From the NCBI GenBank assembly GCA_013265495.1, contig MU058531.1:3410911-3474910 (forward strand): a stretch of DNA of 64,000 bases. Direction: 5' to 3'. The notes beneath the pieces are model-generated. The model worked only from the letters and a program-made list of their open reading frames with translations. It was not told where the DNA came from and did no database searches. Position 1 is the stretch's first letter; each line of letters opens with the position of its first letter. The DNA comes from Vicugna vicugna (taxonomy: Eukaryota). A program made the translations under genes and the position numbers. Below, in pieces: positions 24,997 to 38,285 of the stretch.

Positions 24997-26329
24997 TGGT
25001 GAAAAGACCTGTCTCTGCCACCACTCACCTCCACTTCCCTGTGAGTATCACCACGCCTGCTCTGTCCTCGGGCAGGTGGCACACATGGATCTGCATGACA
25101 CAAATGAACCCAGCTCACACTTTGGTATTGGGCAGAGTATTTTCCATGAAACCAGCCCGAGTTGTAATCAGGTTTGTTCTCATTGATGTGTGGTCTCAAA
25201 CAGCGTTTACTGGGGGTCTTATGTGCCGCGCACTGCCAGGCCCTGAGATACTGCAGTGAGCTGGACAGACGTGGTGCCTGCCTTTAGGAGGCTTCAGATA
25301 TCGCAGAGATTCTTGGGAAAGGAGATGAGTAACCCAGCACAGGGATGGAGAAGGCGAGACTATAGAAGAGAAAGGGAGGACTATGTGACACCCATGGTAG
25401 TTGCTTAGCAATGACTGGGTGTATGTGGACCCCTTCCAGTTCATGTTCAGTTGAATTAAACAGTTACTCAGTGCAAGTCATGATATTAGGACTATAGGGG
25501 ATACCCAAGAGGGTAAAACATAGTTCTTGCTCTCAAAGAGTTTGCTGTTCAGGAGCAAATGATACAACCCTAACAGTCTAGCCATTCACAAAGAGCTTCC
25601 CCATACATTGTGGTCCCTGTGTGACAGTGTGACATGGTTGGATAATAAAATATAAGCACGTCTCTGACATCTACTTCTGCCACTTCCCAAAGAAGCTATT
25701 GCTGTAAAAAGGACAAAAAGGTAAAACACCTACTGTGTTTTATTTAAAGTTCATTTCACACCCTGATTTGCTTTGCTGTGCAGTGCCGGTGGAATTCAAA
25801 CTGCTTAGACATCGAATACTAATAATTTCCATGTTCTCACCTGCGACATGAATCTATACCGAGAAGCAGCAAGTGTATATGTGTGTGGAGTGGAAAGGGG
25901 TTTTGCCTGACTCTGTGTCTGTTCTTTGATTTCTCCACTGGGGTCAGTCTAGCTTAGGAATCCAATGGGGTCAGCAAATCACACCCATGAGGAAAGAACT
26001 GTGCAGCCACTGCAGGCCTAGGCAGGTGCACGACACAGGGAAGCCTTGGGGCATTCCAAAACCATTTTGCAACAGGTGACAAAGGAATTTCGTATACACT
26101 GGCACTAACTGAGAAAAGACCATCTAGTGGAAATGATGAGAACAGAGATAGGAAATCAATAGGATGGAAGCTGTCCTGTGCATACCCCAGGGATAACATG
26201 CCCAACTCTCCTTTTTGGTCCCAGTACCACGACTTGGGAGCATACAATAGGAAGCTTTTGAAGGCTAATTTGGGAAGCTGAGAAAGAGGCTGAAGATCAG
26301 AACCTTTTGTGATCTTGCAGAGCTCTGGT

Positions 26330-26378
26330 CAGAGAGAGAGAAAGAGAGAGAGAGATAGACAGAAAGACAGACAGATAG
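26330..26378. repeat. (GA)n/(GACA)n compound microsatellite
   Basis: agagagagagaaagagagagagagatagacagaaagacagacagatag. Confidence 0.85.
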
Positions 26379-26379
26379 C

Positions 26380-27830
26380 TGCAATACCTAGTAGCCATGA
26401 AACAGATGGAAATTGAGGGTCCTAGTAAGAGCAGGACACAAGGCTGTTGAATTTCTCAGAAATAAAAGGCTCTCTGGAGACATCTGGCAAAGAAGCGTAA
26501 GAAACCAGGGTCATGAAACAGATTATCAGGATAGTGGAGAAATCCAAGGAGCCTCAGCATAAAAATGCCATCAGGAAATGCCTAGTGGGTGGAAATAGCC
26601 AACAGCTAATGAAAATATGGCCGTAGAAAGGGGTTATGGGCCACCTGACAAGGATAATGAGATTGAGCTGGAGACTGGAATAGGACTGGCCAAGCTAAAA
26701 AATTGGGCCAATTAGTAATAATGAGGGTGTTTACTCACTTGTAGATGGGCAAAATACCTCCCTGGGATGAATTAGGACAAATGATCATTTCCTGTGCTAA
26801 TGATTTTACAGACGAAAAGGAAGAGAAGCGCCGTAGAAGGTGCAGGAAGTATCTGTGTGTGACCACTGTGATTTAATGATCCCGATAATTTTAAGATTAA
26901 CGGTCTGATGCAAGGACGGAAAACCATGATAATGTATACATAACAGAAGAATTAAGAAAAATGTGAATTGTGACTATGAAAAAATTGTCAAAACCTCAAG
27001 AATCTTGCCAACTAATTTTTAAAAACCATTACCAACACCTTTGGAGAAGCACGGAGTATGACAGGATTCAAAAAACCATTTGGGGGGTTGGATTGAGACG
27101 AATTAGCTTCCTTTCCCTACTACCTTCTTTGGCTAAGCCGATAAGAATAAATAACCCTTTGCTAAACACTTACTGCTTGCCAGGCATTGGGCAGAACCCT
27201 CTACATGCTTTGCTTCATTTGACCCTCATAGCCCTGGAGTTTGGGATAATAATCTCTATTTACAGATGCAGCTCAGAGAGGGATGCTCAAGGCAGAGATA
27301 CTTTCCTGAGAAACAAGTATCTTTCAGGAAAAATAGAAAATTAATTCTGTTGAAAGAACAGGGAAATCTATCTGGGAAACCCGTGAAAAAGATCCAAATA
27401 TAATTTTAGGAGCATCCTCTAGAAAACGACATTAAAGCAAAAATAAGAAGGCCTTTTAAAGTAATTGGAGGGAAGGAACCAGCCAAAGACCCGGTAGAAC
27501 CTTTGTAGATTATCAGAACACTCCCTTGGATATATGAAAAGGAGCCAGCAGGCATAATAAATTACTTGCCTTGATCTTTTCAGAAAAATACATCAAACTG
27601 AGTAACAGTCTTAAATTATGTTTAGAAGCAGAGGCACTAGGTGGAGTAGTAGTAGATGCACAGAGTGTTCTAGACCTAGCCGACAGATTGGCTGTGGATG
27701 AATCACGGGGACAGCTTGGCGTTCAGCCAAGAGCTCTAAAGGAATTCAGAGGTGAAATCCTGGGGCTGATGGTAAAAGCAACTAATCTTTAGCTTCAAAA
27801 CCCCAGCAATCCCCTAAACCTTTGCTGTCT
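26380..27830 (+). mobile_element. Ancient CR1/L3-clade LINE relic, 5' half of ORF2 (APE endonuclease to pre-RT), interrupted by a MIR
   Basis: Degenerate CR1 ORF2 motifs in the correct order: WVEI (26586-26597), GYGPPDKDNEIE (26632-26667; cf. YRPPDQ), LVIMRVFTH (26712-26738; cf. LVIMGDFNY), CDH (26858-26866; cf. SDH), IGGKEPAKDPVEPL (27464-27505; cf. IRSRKPARESVGPL), NKLLALIFS (27556-27582; cf. NEFFASVFT), and VLDLADRLAVDESRGQLGVQPRALKEF in ORF 27571-27792 (cf. IDKLNVNKSPGPDGIHPRVLKEL). Multiple stops and frameshifts. Confidence 0.8.
27140..27295 (-). mobile_element. MIR inserted into the CR1 relic
   Basis: cacttactgcttgccaggcattgggc...tcatttgaccctcatagccctg...tatttacagatg...gctcagagagg. Confidence 0.75.
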
Positions 27831-28702
27831 GCAAAAGGCACCTGACTCCATCTCTCTTCACTACTTCATTTGAACGTAGGTTGTAATAGAGATATGTTAA
27901 ACATGAAATATAGTCAATCAAATAAGAAAATATGTTTAAGACAGCAGTGATTTTGAATTCCCAAACCCTGTTGTGTCACAGTCTTGAAAGCCTTTGTGGA
28001 CATTTCATTCTTGAAATTGCTGAGAATTACTCAGCCCTTTACGATCATGTAAAATAAGCTTATAGTTATTCATGTGAACTCAGTAGCAAAAGCACATAGA
28101 AACAAGTGGGCAGTGACTCAGGGTTTCGAGAAAGTATTCATCACACAGTTCTGCTTCACTTAAAGGGGAGAAGATTCCTGCAGCCTCGGAAACGGGCGCT
28201 CACTGTTTATTAATTAAATAAAAGGCATGTGGAGGATTTGGAAACTACTCAGCTTCTGAGCCCCTAACTGCAGTCCAGCTGCCCGATTCGCCTGGTGGTC
28301 TGGCCCTGCTCCCAGCTGGCTCAGGCCTTCTTCCCTTTCTCGTGGTCTTGACTTTGTCTAGCCTGGCTGGATGACTAGTCCAGGTGCCCTGTTCTCTGCT
28401 TTGCTCTAGGTAGCCCTAGTTCTCTAGTGCATGGGGTAGGGGTGTGTAGAGAGTTGTAGAATGGGCCCGGTGGGGGAGCTGGCCAGAGTCAGAACCATCA
28501 GAATTAGTGCAAGGTGAGATGGAGAGGCCGGGACAGGGAGTTGGTCAGGGTTAAAGCAAGCAGGAATCAACAAGAGATGGGAACTGGGGTGGAAGTCATT
28601 TAGTCATTGAACTGGTCTTTTTTTAGTACAATGTGCTGGCATTGTCCTGAGGATACGAATGAGACAGCCACTGTGAGAAAGATAAATGAGTAAACAATTA
28701 CA

Positions 28703-28902
28703 CTAGGGTGGGGTCTCTCCACCTCAGTCCTGGTGACATTTTGAGCTGGACAGTTCTTTGTTGTGCTGACGGTCCTGTGCGTTGCAGGATGCTTAGCAGC
28801 ATTAGAAGCCAGTAGCATCCTCTCTCACACAGAGTTGTGACAACCAAATACGTCTACAGACCTTGCCCCTGGAGGCCAAATCGTCCCTGTTGAGAATCAC
28901 TG
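28703..28902 (-). mobile_element. MER20, interrupting an L2
   Basis: gacattttgagctggacagttctttgttgtg...gttgtgacaaccaaa...gttgagaatcactg. Confidence 0.88.
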
Positions 28903-31199
28903 CAGTAGGGTATGATAAGTGCCTGAATGAAGAAAGAACAGGTGATCACAGGAGCTCCTGGGAGGTGCCCTTAATTAAGCCAGACCTGGCAGGGAGGGGA
29001 GTCATCTCAAGAGTAGACTTGCAGGGTGAGTAGCCCTCAGGTCAAAGTTGGGAGGAGGAGGGTCAGGAAGGGATGTGCTTTAGACCCAGGGAACGCCTAG
29101 ACACCAGCAGGAGGGACCCTGGGCCAGCTGGGCGGTCACTCACGGTGGTGCACACTTCTTTTCGTGTACAACGTTATCAGTGCCCAAGGGGCAGCGTTTC
29201 ACACCCAACGTCCGCCAGCACCTTTTGGCTGCTGTGCTTAGACTCAAGCAGCTGCCCCCAGGTAAAGAGCCATGTTGGCTCAGGGACGCTTAGCCTCGTG
29301 GTCACAGGTGCAAGGGAAGAAGTAGGTATCCAGTCTCCTTCCTGCTGAATTTTCCTTAGAAGATGAATTTTGACTAATTGCCTCTTTCAGTTCTAATGTC
29401 TATTTTCGATTAGCTAAATCTAATCAAACTAGAGTAAGATTCAAAACTTGTTAGCAAAAAAGTTCTTTCCTCACATGGCCACCCCAGGAATTCTTCCCAA
29501 TGCTGGTAACTCTAGACTGTTTCAGCAACTGTTGAACAAAGAATATGTTTTAACCACCTTTCAAATGCTCCCCCTCTTCCTTCTGCCTCCTCTGTAACTG
29601 ATTCTTTTCTGGAGAGACAGGTTTTTATTTCTGCCAGGAGAGGGCTGTGAGCTACCTGCTGGGTCTCCCTCAGGGCTCACACATCTTCAGGGAGGATGCA
29701 CTCTGTGCCTTCGCTTTGGCCCTATCCCCTCTCCAGCCCGCCTCTCCTGCAGGCTCCTTGATCTCCATGGTACCTCATGGGCCCTTCCATTCCTTCATGA
29801 TAGTAATTGATGCTGAGCACTTGCCATGTGCCGCAACCACAGGGCTGCGTGGGAGAGAAGTGGGGGAAAGGAAAACAATCAGGTCTGGTACCATACTAGC
29901 TGCTTTCACATAGGATATGTCCTCTGATCCACTCAGAAAACTCCACTCTGTGGGTGGTATCATCCTCATTTTAAGAATGAGTAACAGGTCTGATTTCACA
30001 CAGCTACTAAGGGGCACGGGTGGGATCGTAGCCCACCTGCTAGACTCTGAACCCATGTTCCTTCCACTTACATGTTCTGGAGGAACCACCCAGGCCCATG
30101 GGCCTTGCTGTGGCCCAACTCCCAAGGCCATTAGGACAGACTGGTCAAGGTCTTCTCAGGATGCAAGGCAGATCTGGACTTGAGTGACCTCCAGGACTAA
30201 AAGTGAGCCTGTCATCTCCAGCTGTTCTGGGGGGCTTCTTGTGATCCAGATTCATTTGTATTAGGGCCATCACTTCATTGCTTGATTCACAGATTCCTGA
30301 AGTGACTTCACAAGCAGGGACCCAGGTCCTCTTTACCCTCCCGGCTGTCCTGGTTTCTGCTCCCATGGGCAGCATGGAATGATGGTAAAGAGGCCAGGAC
30401 CAGGATTTAGGAGACCTCGAGGCTAGGTACCCTTGCCTTCCATTTGCTGTTTGGCCCTGAGTATGCTGCTTATCCAGCTGACTCATTTGCAAAATGCTGA
30501 GCCAGCCATAAACCCTACCTAGTTGTCTCCACTGGTTGCCTGGGGTTTGGAATAACGTTATGGCTATAAAGGCAAACAGAAAAGATGCATTATCTGTCAC
30601 TATCAAGAGGTACTGTTTCAGCGCTGGGGGGGGACAAATTACCATTGAATTGGCTCATAGTGGGAACTTAATGCATGTGTATTCAACAAAGGAATGAAAG
30701 AAACTCCATCTGGAGGTGAGTTGCAAAGAGGAATTTGTTATCAGCAAGTCTGATTTCCCTGTCAGCCAAGCAGTATAATAAAGAGGACTCTCTCTGTACA
30801 GTCAGCTGACACCACATGTTAGGCACAAAGCACTGTGGCTTCTACAGAAGAAAGTACTAAGATTAGACCCAACAGGATCCACTGATTACCCAACCCTCTC
30901 CTCCTCTGATGGATGATGAAGTTGAAGATCAGAAATTTTAGTGGCCAGGTCAAGTTCACATATAGGCAGAGGTAATGCTAAGATTATTTGACCTATCAGT
31001 TAAGGCCTGTTTAGACTGTGCATGTGGGAAAAGGGAAACCCTGGAGTATCTTGTATTTGGATTTTTGAATAAGGTCTCCCAACAAAGGGTCTTGAGGACT
31101 TGGTTATTGTGGGTTCAGGGTATACTGTATTGGCAAGGTTAGGACCCATGCTGAGGTACCATGGAGGGAAGAGTGAAGTCACTGATTTTCTTTCACTGT

Positions 31200-31990
31200 A
31201 TTTGTTCATTAATGAATCCATTTATTCAACCAATATTTACTGAGCACCCACAGCTGTGCACCAGGCACTGAGCTAAGGGTTGGAACCATAGTGGTGCACA
31301 GATAAGCCTTGGACTGTTGGAGCTTCCAGGCTTCCTGTAACCGGACTTATTCTGAAACGGCTGGAGGAGGCATTCAGTGAGCTGCTCCCGGTGGTAAGAT
31401 GGAGCTCAACAGTAACAGCTCCTGAGAGGGCTATGTTAGTGGGCACGGACGTAACAGATGGGTTTCAAAGTGGGCATTTCCAAGGAAGAGTGTCGAGCTT
31501 CACAGTCTGGAGTTTAAGAAAATCCAACTGTTTGTACAGAAAGGGGAAAAGTCAGAGGAGGGAGACTTGGCAGGATTGCTACAACAATCCAGGTGTGAGG
31601 TGCTGAGGCTTTAGATGGGGCTGGAGCAGTCAGGATGGAGGAGGAAAGTGTCCGTCTGAGTCATGTTCCAAGTATCATTGGCTGCCTGGTTTAGGGACAA
31701 AGGGAAGGAAAGAGGCAAGGCGACGCTGCGGTTTCCAACCAGGAGAGTGGAAGGAGATAGTCACAATGGTAGAGGTGGGATCGCGGTGACTAAGTTTATT
31801 TGGTGGGAGGTGACAAGGTCAGTTTTGCGCAGGCTGATTGGTGAGGGCTGGCAGAATGGTCCAGGTGAGCTGTCAACACAACGGGTGCTTAACCTCACTT
31901 GGATGAGTACGTTTGGGAGTCTTTGGAACAGGATGACTTTATGTCATAAAGGGACTGAACTCTCTCCGAAGAAAAGTAATTGCAGAACAA
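31200..31990 (-). mobile_element. L2
   Basis: ttattcaaccaatatttactgagcaccc...tgcaccaggcactgagctaagg...aatccaggtgtgagg. Confidence 0.75.
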
Positions 31991-32029
31991 AACAGAAAAT
32001 TGATGGGGATTCACCATTCATTCTTTCTT

Positions 32030-32540
32030 TTTAAAAAACAAAGAACTTCTAATTGTGTAAGTTTTCGAACACACACACACAATGAGAATAGTATAGTGAG
32101 CCCGCATGTGCCCATCACTTGGCTTCAATGTGTATCAGCATTTTCCAGTATTGTTTTATCAGTTTCCTTCCAGGAGTATTTTCCCCTCCTGCTGGAGTAT
32201 TTAAAGGAAGCCTCAGATTTATACCATTTTATCCATAAATACTTCATTATATGTTTTTTTAAACAGATGAAGACTTTTAAAAAACATAACTACAGTATTA
32301 TCACACCTAGACAAACAAATAATAATTCCAAACTGTTATTTAATAATGAGCCCTATATTCAAGTTTCCCTGATTGTCCCCAGCATGGCTTTTAATATTTG
32401 ATATTTGGAATCAGGGATCAGATGAAGTCCAAATATTACATTTGATCAATATGATCTCTCGAGTCTTTTAATCTTTAGCCAACCTCTCTCTTTTTATACA
32501 CCATTTACTTATTGAATAAGCTGTGGTGATTGTCCTGTTG
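32030..32540 (-). mobile_element. Old L1MC/ME-like 3' region
   Basis: gagaatagtatagtgagcccgcatgtgcccatcac...ccataaatacttc...aaaacataactacagtattatcacacct...ggaatcagggatc. Confidence 0.7.
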
Positions 32541-33030
32541 TACAGTCAGTCATTTTTAGAGTTAAATAACTATTTGAGATTTACTTCTTACGAATACAGT
32601 GGACATAAAATAGTTAGGTGACTCTGGAATCATCTTTCTTGTATTCCTTCAGACTTAGGAGTCTCCAGTATTGTGGCTGATGCTTCATGGTTTTGAAGAG
32701 TGAGCTGGGTACCAGGCTGAGCAAGGGCAATATGTATTTTCTACACCAGTTGTACACTGAGAGCACAGCATGTGTGATGCTGTGCCAGGCCATTAGGGAA
32801 ACGCAGGGAAAGTGAAGGTGCCTTTGCTTGGCATTGAGGAGCTTATCATTTGGTTGGAAGGAGGAAAATTACATGAAACTAACAGGTTCACACAGGCAGC
32901 GTGGTGTTGGAAAATCAAGTGAAGCTGCACTTGGCTCACACACCAGCCTTGACACCTAACAGCTGTGTGATCATGAACTAGTCACTTCACCTTTCTGAAA
33001 CTAATTCCTCATCTCTAATATAGGGATGAT

Positions 33031-33221
33031 GGTGGTGGGTGTATAGCTCAGTGGGAGAGTTGTGAGCTTAGCATGCGCAAGGTCCTGAGTTCCATCCCCA
33101 GTACCTACATTAAAAAAAAAAAGCTATGGAGATAATGTGAATAATAAATATAAAGTAGAATATGTAGATTAGTGTCTGTACTTGGCCACTCAGTAGACAG
33201 GAGGGATTTTTATTTAAAAAA
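33031..33221 (+). mobile_element. tRNA-Ala-derived camelid SINE (Vic-1 type) with ~90-nt 3' extension, inserted in a MIR
   Basis: Head gtatagctcagtgggagag...gcttagcatgcgcaaggtcctgagttccatccccagtacc with A-run to 33122. 15-bp TSD taatataggga(t/c)gat at 33016-33030 and 33222-33236. Confidence 0.9.
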
Positions 33222-33688
33222 TAATATAGGGACGATAAACTATTTACTTCAGGATTATATGCAAAGCAGGCAGCCTGGGCCCCAGAGTCAGCCAGGAGCT
33301 GACTCTAAGTTCTGCTTCTTCCTAATCATATTAAGTCCTCATAGTCACTGAGCGCTTAACTCCGTGCCAGTCTTGTGCTCAGCACTTTATGCACATGAAG
33401 TTGAGCCTGTTAGCAAACCCATTTTATGGATCATAAAACCGAGGCTTATAGAAGCAGTTTGTGCCCATTCACCTACTTAGTGAGCTGGGCTTTGAACCTG
33501 GGCGGACTAACCCAGAGCTCACACTCTGAGCTGCTAGGATACATTACTTTTCCCAAACAGGTTCATTAAGGCTCAGTGTCCTTGTTTGTAAGGAGGGAGA
33601 TGTTATATCCATTTTATGGGATTCTCATGAAAATTAAACAAGAAAAATATATTCAGCAGATAGCAAATGCTCAAAAGTATCTGTTTTT

Positions 33689-33983
33689 CAGAAACAGACT
33701 CACAGACATAGAAAACTATCTTAACATCTACCAAACGGGAGGGGGAGTAAGGGAGGAACAAACTAGGAGTATGGGGTTAACAGATACAAGCTATTATATA
33801 TAAAATAGATAGGCAACAAGGATTTACTGCGTAGAACAGGGAATTATACCTAATATCTTATAATAATCTGTAATGGAATATAATTTGTAAAAAAACCTGA
33901 ATCACTATGCCGAATACTGAAATTAACACAATATTGTAAATTGACTATACTTCAATAAAAAATTTTTATTTTAGTTTTTTTAA
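33689..33983 (+). mobile_element. L1 3' end (L1MA/artiodactyl-like)
   Basis: cagaaacagactcacagacatagaaaac...aacaaggatttactg...gactatacttcaataaaa; imperfect TSD aaaa(g/c)tatct(g/a)tttt. Confidence 0.9.
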
Positions 33984-36737
33984 AAAACTATCTATTTTCA
34001 TGGTTGTTATAAAATAGTAAATTAGTATATTGTTGGACAATTCTGTGCAGTATTACATTGTGCAGAGCCACCCATGGAGGGTGAAGAAGTTAACTTGAGC
34101 TGAAGCCCTTATGGTGAGGGAGGAGGCAGGTAGAGCCCAGTGGATATTTGACAATCAGAGGAGGCAAAAGTACATTTCAGGATGGAGAGCAGCCCAGGCA
34201 GGGAGACTTGACAGAAAAAATGTTAAAAATCCCCAATGTAGACTTCCTAGTTGTCTTGTTAGTACAAGTGAGTGCTTATATGGTCAGGGAGATCACACAC
34301 ATCCACCCCTGTCCCCTTTAAGAAGACTCTAAGAAATTATAAAACAGAGGTGATGGTTAAGAGCCTGGTACTCTAGGTGAGTCTCAGCATAACCTCTGAC
34401 CTGTCTGTCTTTGAACTTGGCATCTCATTGTTTCTTCTTAGGTAAAATGGAAAATGGAAAGGATTCACATCTCAGGGTTATTTGGGGGATTATATGAGAC
34501 AACGTGGAGAAAGAATTAGAGATGTCAGGACCTGGAGTTATTCCATTCTCACATCCACACTGTGCTTTCTGCCTCTGCTGAGGGATCACAGTCCTTCTCT
34601 CTCACATCACCCCCTGAAGGGCAGCCAGGACTCTGGGTCACCCTGAGTCAAAGGCCAAGCTGCTAAAGCGACAAGGTGAGGATGCCCTGAAAGTTTCATC
34701 CCTTTCTACAGAATCAGGGTCCTGGGTAAGAAAAGGTGTGACCCAAGAGCAGGGTGCTTGGGCACGCTCGTCTGGGCCCCTGGTTGCTTTGCTCCTCTTG
34801 CTTGCTTGAGTAAGAAATTTATTCCCAATTTTAAGGAATTTAGAAGAAGGACATGTGGTCTAAAATTGTAAAGTCATTTGTCCTTGGGCTTTAGACTGCC
34901 CTCGGGACTCTTCCCTTAGTCAAGTGCTCAGCACCAGGTCTCTGCAGGTAGGAGAGATTTTAAAGGTCCCTAACTCATTGGTGTGAGTTAATCGGGTCTG
35001 CTCTGCCCACTGGCTGCATGCAGACCTCCAGGGAGGGTGGATGCAAACAGGTAATGATCTGTTTCAAGACCGGCACACAGTACCCAGCTCAGAGAGAGGG
35101 CATACTGTGCACTACTGAGGACACAGCATGTGGGAAGGTTTTCTGTCTGGAGCTGGGGGCTCAGGTGGGCTTCCTGGAGAAAGCACCGAGAGAATGAAGG
35201 TGACTTGGCCAGAGTTACCAGGAAGGGAAAACAGCATTTACAAAAGCCTGAGAGAGGAAAGAGTCCACCATGGATTTGGGACATCTGGGGGGAGCTAGTT
35301 CTGCAATCTCCAGCTTCCAGTTCGGCCCCTCCAGTCTCTCCACAGAGAGAAATGCAGTCATTGTCTGTCAGGAGCCCTGCCGTGCAGAACCAGGCCTGCT
35401 TTACCAAGGAAATACGGCTGGGAGGTAGAAGAAGCACTTGCTAGGGGTTGGTGGTCGGCTTTCTCTCTCGCAATTGACTGTGTGACCCCTACAGAGCTGC
35501 GCCCCCACCCCCACCCCGCCCCGGCCCTCAGTGTTCTCATGAATAAAGCAAGGACTCATGAGTTCCTGTCAGGGCCTTGGTTACATGGCTCTCTGAAATT
35601 ATTTTTAAAGCTGAGAAAAAAAAAATCAAATAACTACTGAAAACAGACTTCAGTCCTTATTAGGTTGCAAAATGGGAACAGGAACAGAACCTGGTATTGA
35701 GAAAGAATTCAGAGAAACATTTGAGGAGAGACATCTTTGATATTGGGTAGATAAAGAGTCTGTGGCAATTCAAGTCAATGCTGAGCTTGAATCACCAAAA
35801 AACAGGAGATGAATCACAGAAGAAATCTGAAGAAGAAGAGAAAAACCCTCCTCAGAAGCAAATGGGCATTTGAGAAAAGGGACTGAGGGCCACCCCCCAA
35901 GGAGGGTGGGGAGTCTTTTTGTAAATATGGTGGCCAGGGCCTGGCCCAGGTGATGTGCAGGGTGATGGTGGCCATGGACATGCGTCAGAGAGCGTGAGCT
36001 CTCAGGACAGGCCGGCTTGCGTCTGCTCGGAGGTTGTGTAGCGCAGGGCAGATGTCACTCCCTACTCTGTGTGCAGGGCACCAGCGGGGTCTGGCCTGAG
36101 AGGTCGAAGGCTGTTTGCAGAGCTGAGTGCCAGCTGAGCAGGGCAAGACTGGTGTCAGATATGTGGTGGTGCGTGTGTGCATGTGGAAGGACGTGTTTGT
36201 GCGGGGCCTCTATTTGGAGTTGCCTGGGACCTCTGTGGTTAGAATCACTTAGGAAACTGGATGCGTGGGGCCACAGCTAAGCAGTTATCTGCTCTGCCTG
36301 CTGAAAAGAAGTCAGATTCGGTCAAGGAATCCAGGGAAGGAGAAGAGAATGGATTTTCTCTCCAGCAGCATTATTGTATGAACAGGGCAGACTCAGACAT
36401 CACCATCATCATTCCCTCAACTTCATCTTCACAACAATAGTGGCCTCTGTTATGTGCCAAACATTAAGTTAGGTCCATTACCTACGTTATTTCCAAACCC
36501 CACAGCAACCCAGCAAGTAGGCATTATCTTTATCATCCCCATTTTACCCATTTTTCTTCCAGCGAGGCAATGGAATCTCAAAAAGGTTGAGCCTCCGAAC
36601 TAGTGAGTTAGATGAAGATTCACACCCAGGTTTTCTTCCTTTTCTTTCATGAGACATATGTGAATTTTTTCCACCCCAAGCGGCTGTACCAGTGTGCCAC
36701 ATTCCCAGTAACACAAAAAAACAAGCAATGGTGTTTT

Positions 36738-38285
36738 TTTTTATTTTGATGTAAATATTTATTTATTTACTTACGTACTTACTTATTTTAACATTTTTTA
36801 TTGAGTTATACTCATTTTACAATGTTGTGTCAAATTCCAATGTAGAGCACAATTTTTCAGTTATACATGAAATACATATATTCATTGTCACTTTTTTTGT
36901 GAGCTAGCACAAGATCTTGTATATATTTCCCTGTGCTACACAGTATAATCTTGTTTATCTATTCTACATATGCCTGTCAGTATGTACAAATTTTGAACTC
37001 CCAGTCTATCCTTTCCTACCCCCTGCCCCTTTGGCAACCACAAGTTTGTATTCTATGTCTATGAGGCTGTTTCTGTTTTGTATTTATGTTCTTTTATCTG
37101 TTTTTTTTTTTAAGATTCCACATATGAGTGATCTCATATGGTATTTTTCTTTCTCTTTCTGGCTTACTTCACTTAGAATGACAGTCTCCAGGAACATCCA
37201 TGTTGCTGCAAATGGCGTTATGTTGTCGTGTTTTATGGATGAATAGTATTCCATTGTATGAATATACCACATCTTCTTTATCCAGTCACCTGTTGATGGA
37301 CATTTAGGCTGTTTCCATGTCTTGGCTATTGTAAATAGTGCTGCTATGAACATTGGGGTGTAGGTGTCTTTCTGAAGTAGGGTTCCTTCTGAATATATGC
37401 CCAGGAGCGGGATTTCTGGGTCATATGGTAAGTCTATTCCTAGTCTTTTGAGGAATCTCCATACTGTTTTCCATAGTGCATTCCCACCAGAAGTGTAGGA
37501 GGGTTCCCTTTCTCCACAGCCTCTCCAGCATTTGTCATTTGTGGACTTTTGAATGACGGCCATTCTGACTGGTGTGAGGTGATACCTCATTGTAGTTTTG
37601 ATTCGCATTTCTCTGATAATTAGTGATATTGAGCATTTTTCATGTACCTATTGATCATTTGTATGTCTTACTTGGAGAAGTGCTTGTTTAGGTCTTCTGC
37701 CCATTTTTGAATTGGGTTGTTGGTTTTTATCTTATTGAGTTGTATGAGCTGCTTATATATTCTGGAGATCAAGCCTTTGTTGGTTTCATTTGCAAAAATT
37801 TTCTCCCATTTCGTAGGTTGTCATTTTGTTTTGCTTATGGTTTCCTTTGCTGTGCAGAAGCTTGTAAGTTTCTTTTACTTTTTTTTACATTTTTTATTTT
37901 TTTAACATTTTTTATTGATTTATAATCATTTTACAATGTTGTGTCAAATTCCAGTGTTCAGCACAATTTTTCAGTCATTCATGGACATATACACACTCAT
38001 TGTCACATTTTTTCTCTGTGATTTATCATAACATTTTGTGTATATTTCCCTGTGCTTACAGAAGCTTGTAAGTTTAATTAAGTCCCATTTATTTATTCTT
38101 GCTTTTATTTCTATTGCTTGAGTAGACTGTTCTAGGAGAACATTTTTGAGATGTATGTGAGGTAACGTTTTGCCTATATTTTCTTCTAGGAGGTTTATTG
38201 TATCTTGTCTTATGTTTAGGTCTTTGATCCATTTTGAGTTTATTTTTGTGTATGGTGTAAGGGAGTGTTCTAGCTTCATTGATTT
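36738..38285 (-). mobile_element. Camelid-type L1, 5'-truncated (ORF2 C-terminus + 3' UTR), with a nested younger L1 fragment
   Basis: ORFs 37084-37608 ([13 protein letters not shown]...KCWRGCGE...[19 protein letters not shown]) and 37971-38279 (LTPYTKINSKWIKDLN) are L1 ORF2p. TSD acaagcaatg(g/a)t(g/a)tttt at 36721-36737 and 38286-38302. Confidence 0.97.
37872..38058 (-). mobile_element. Short L1 3'-end insertion nested in the L1 above
   Basis: T-rich tail plus ttttattgatttataatcattttacaatgttgtgtcaaattccagtg. Perfect 17-bp TSD cagaagcttgtaagttt at 37855-37871 and 38059-38075. Confidence 0.95.

Noticed and set aside
24833..25199. CVCVCV / HTHTHT repeat proteins
   Set aside because: Translations of the (AC)22 microsatellite.
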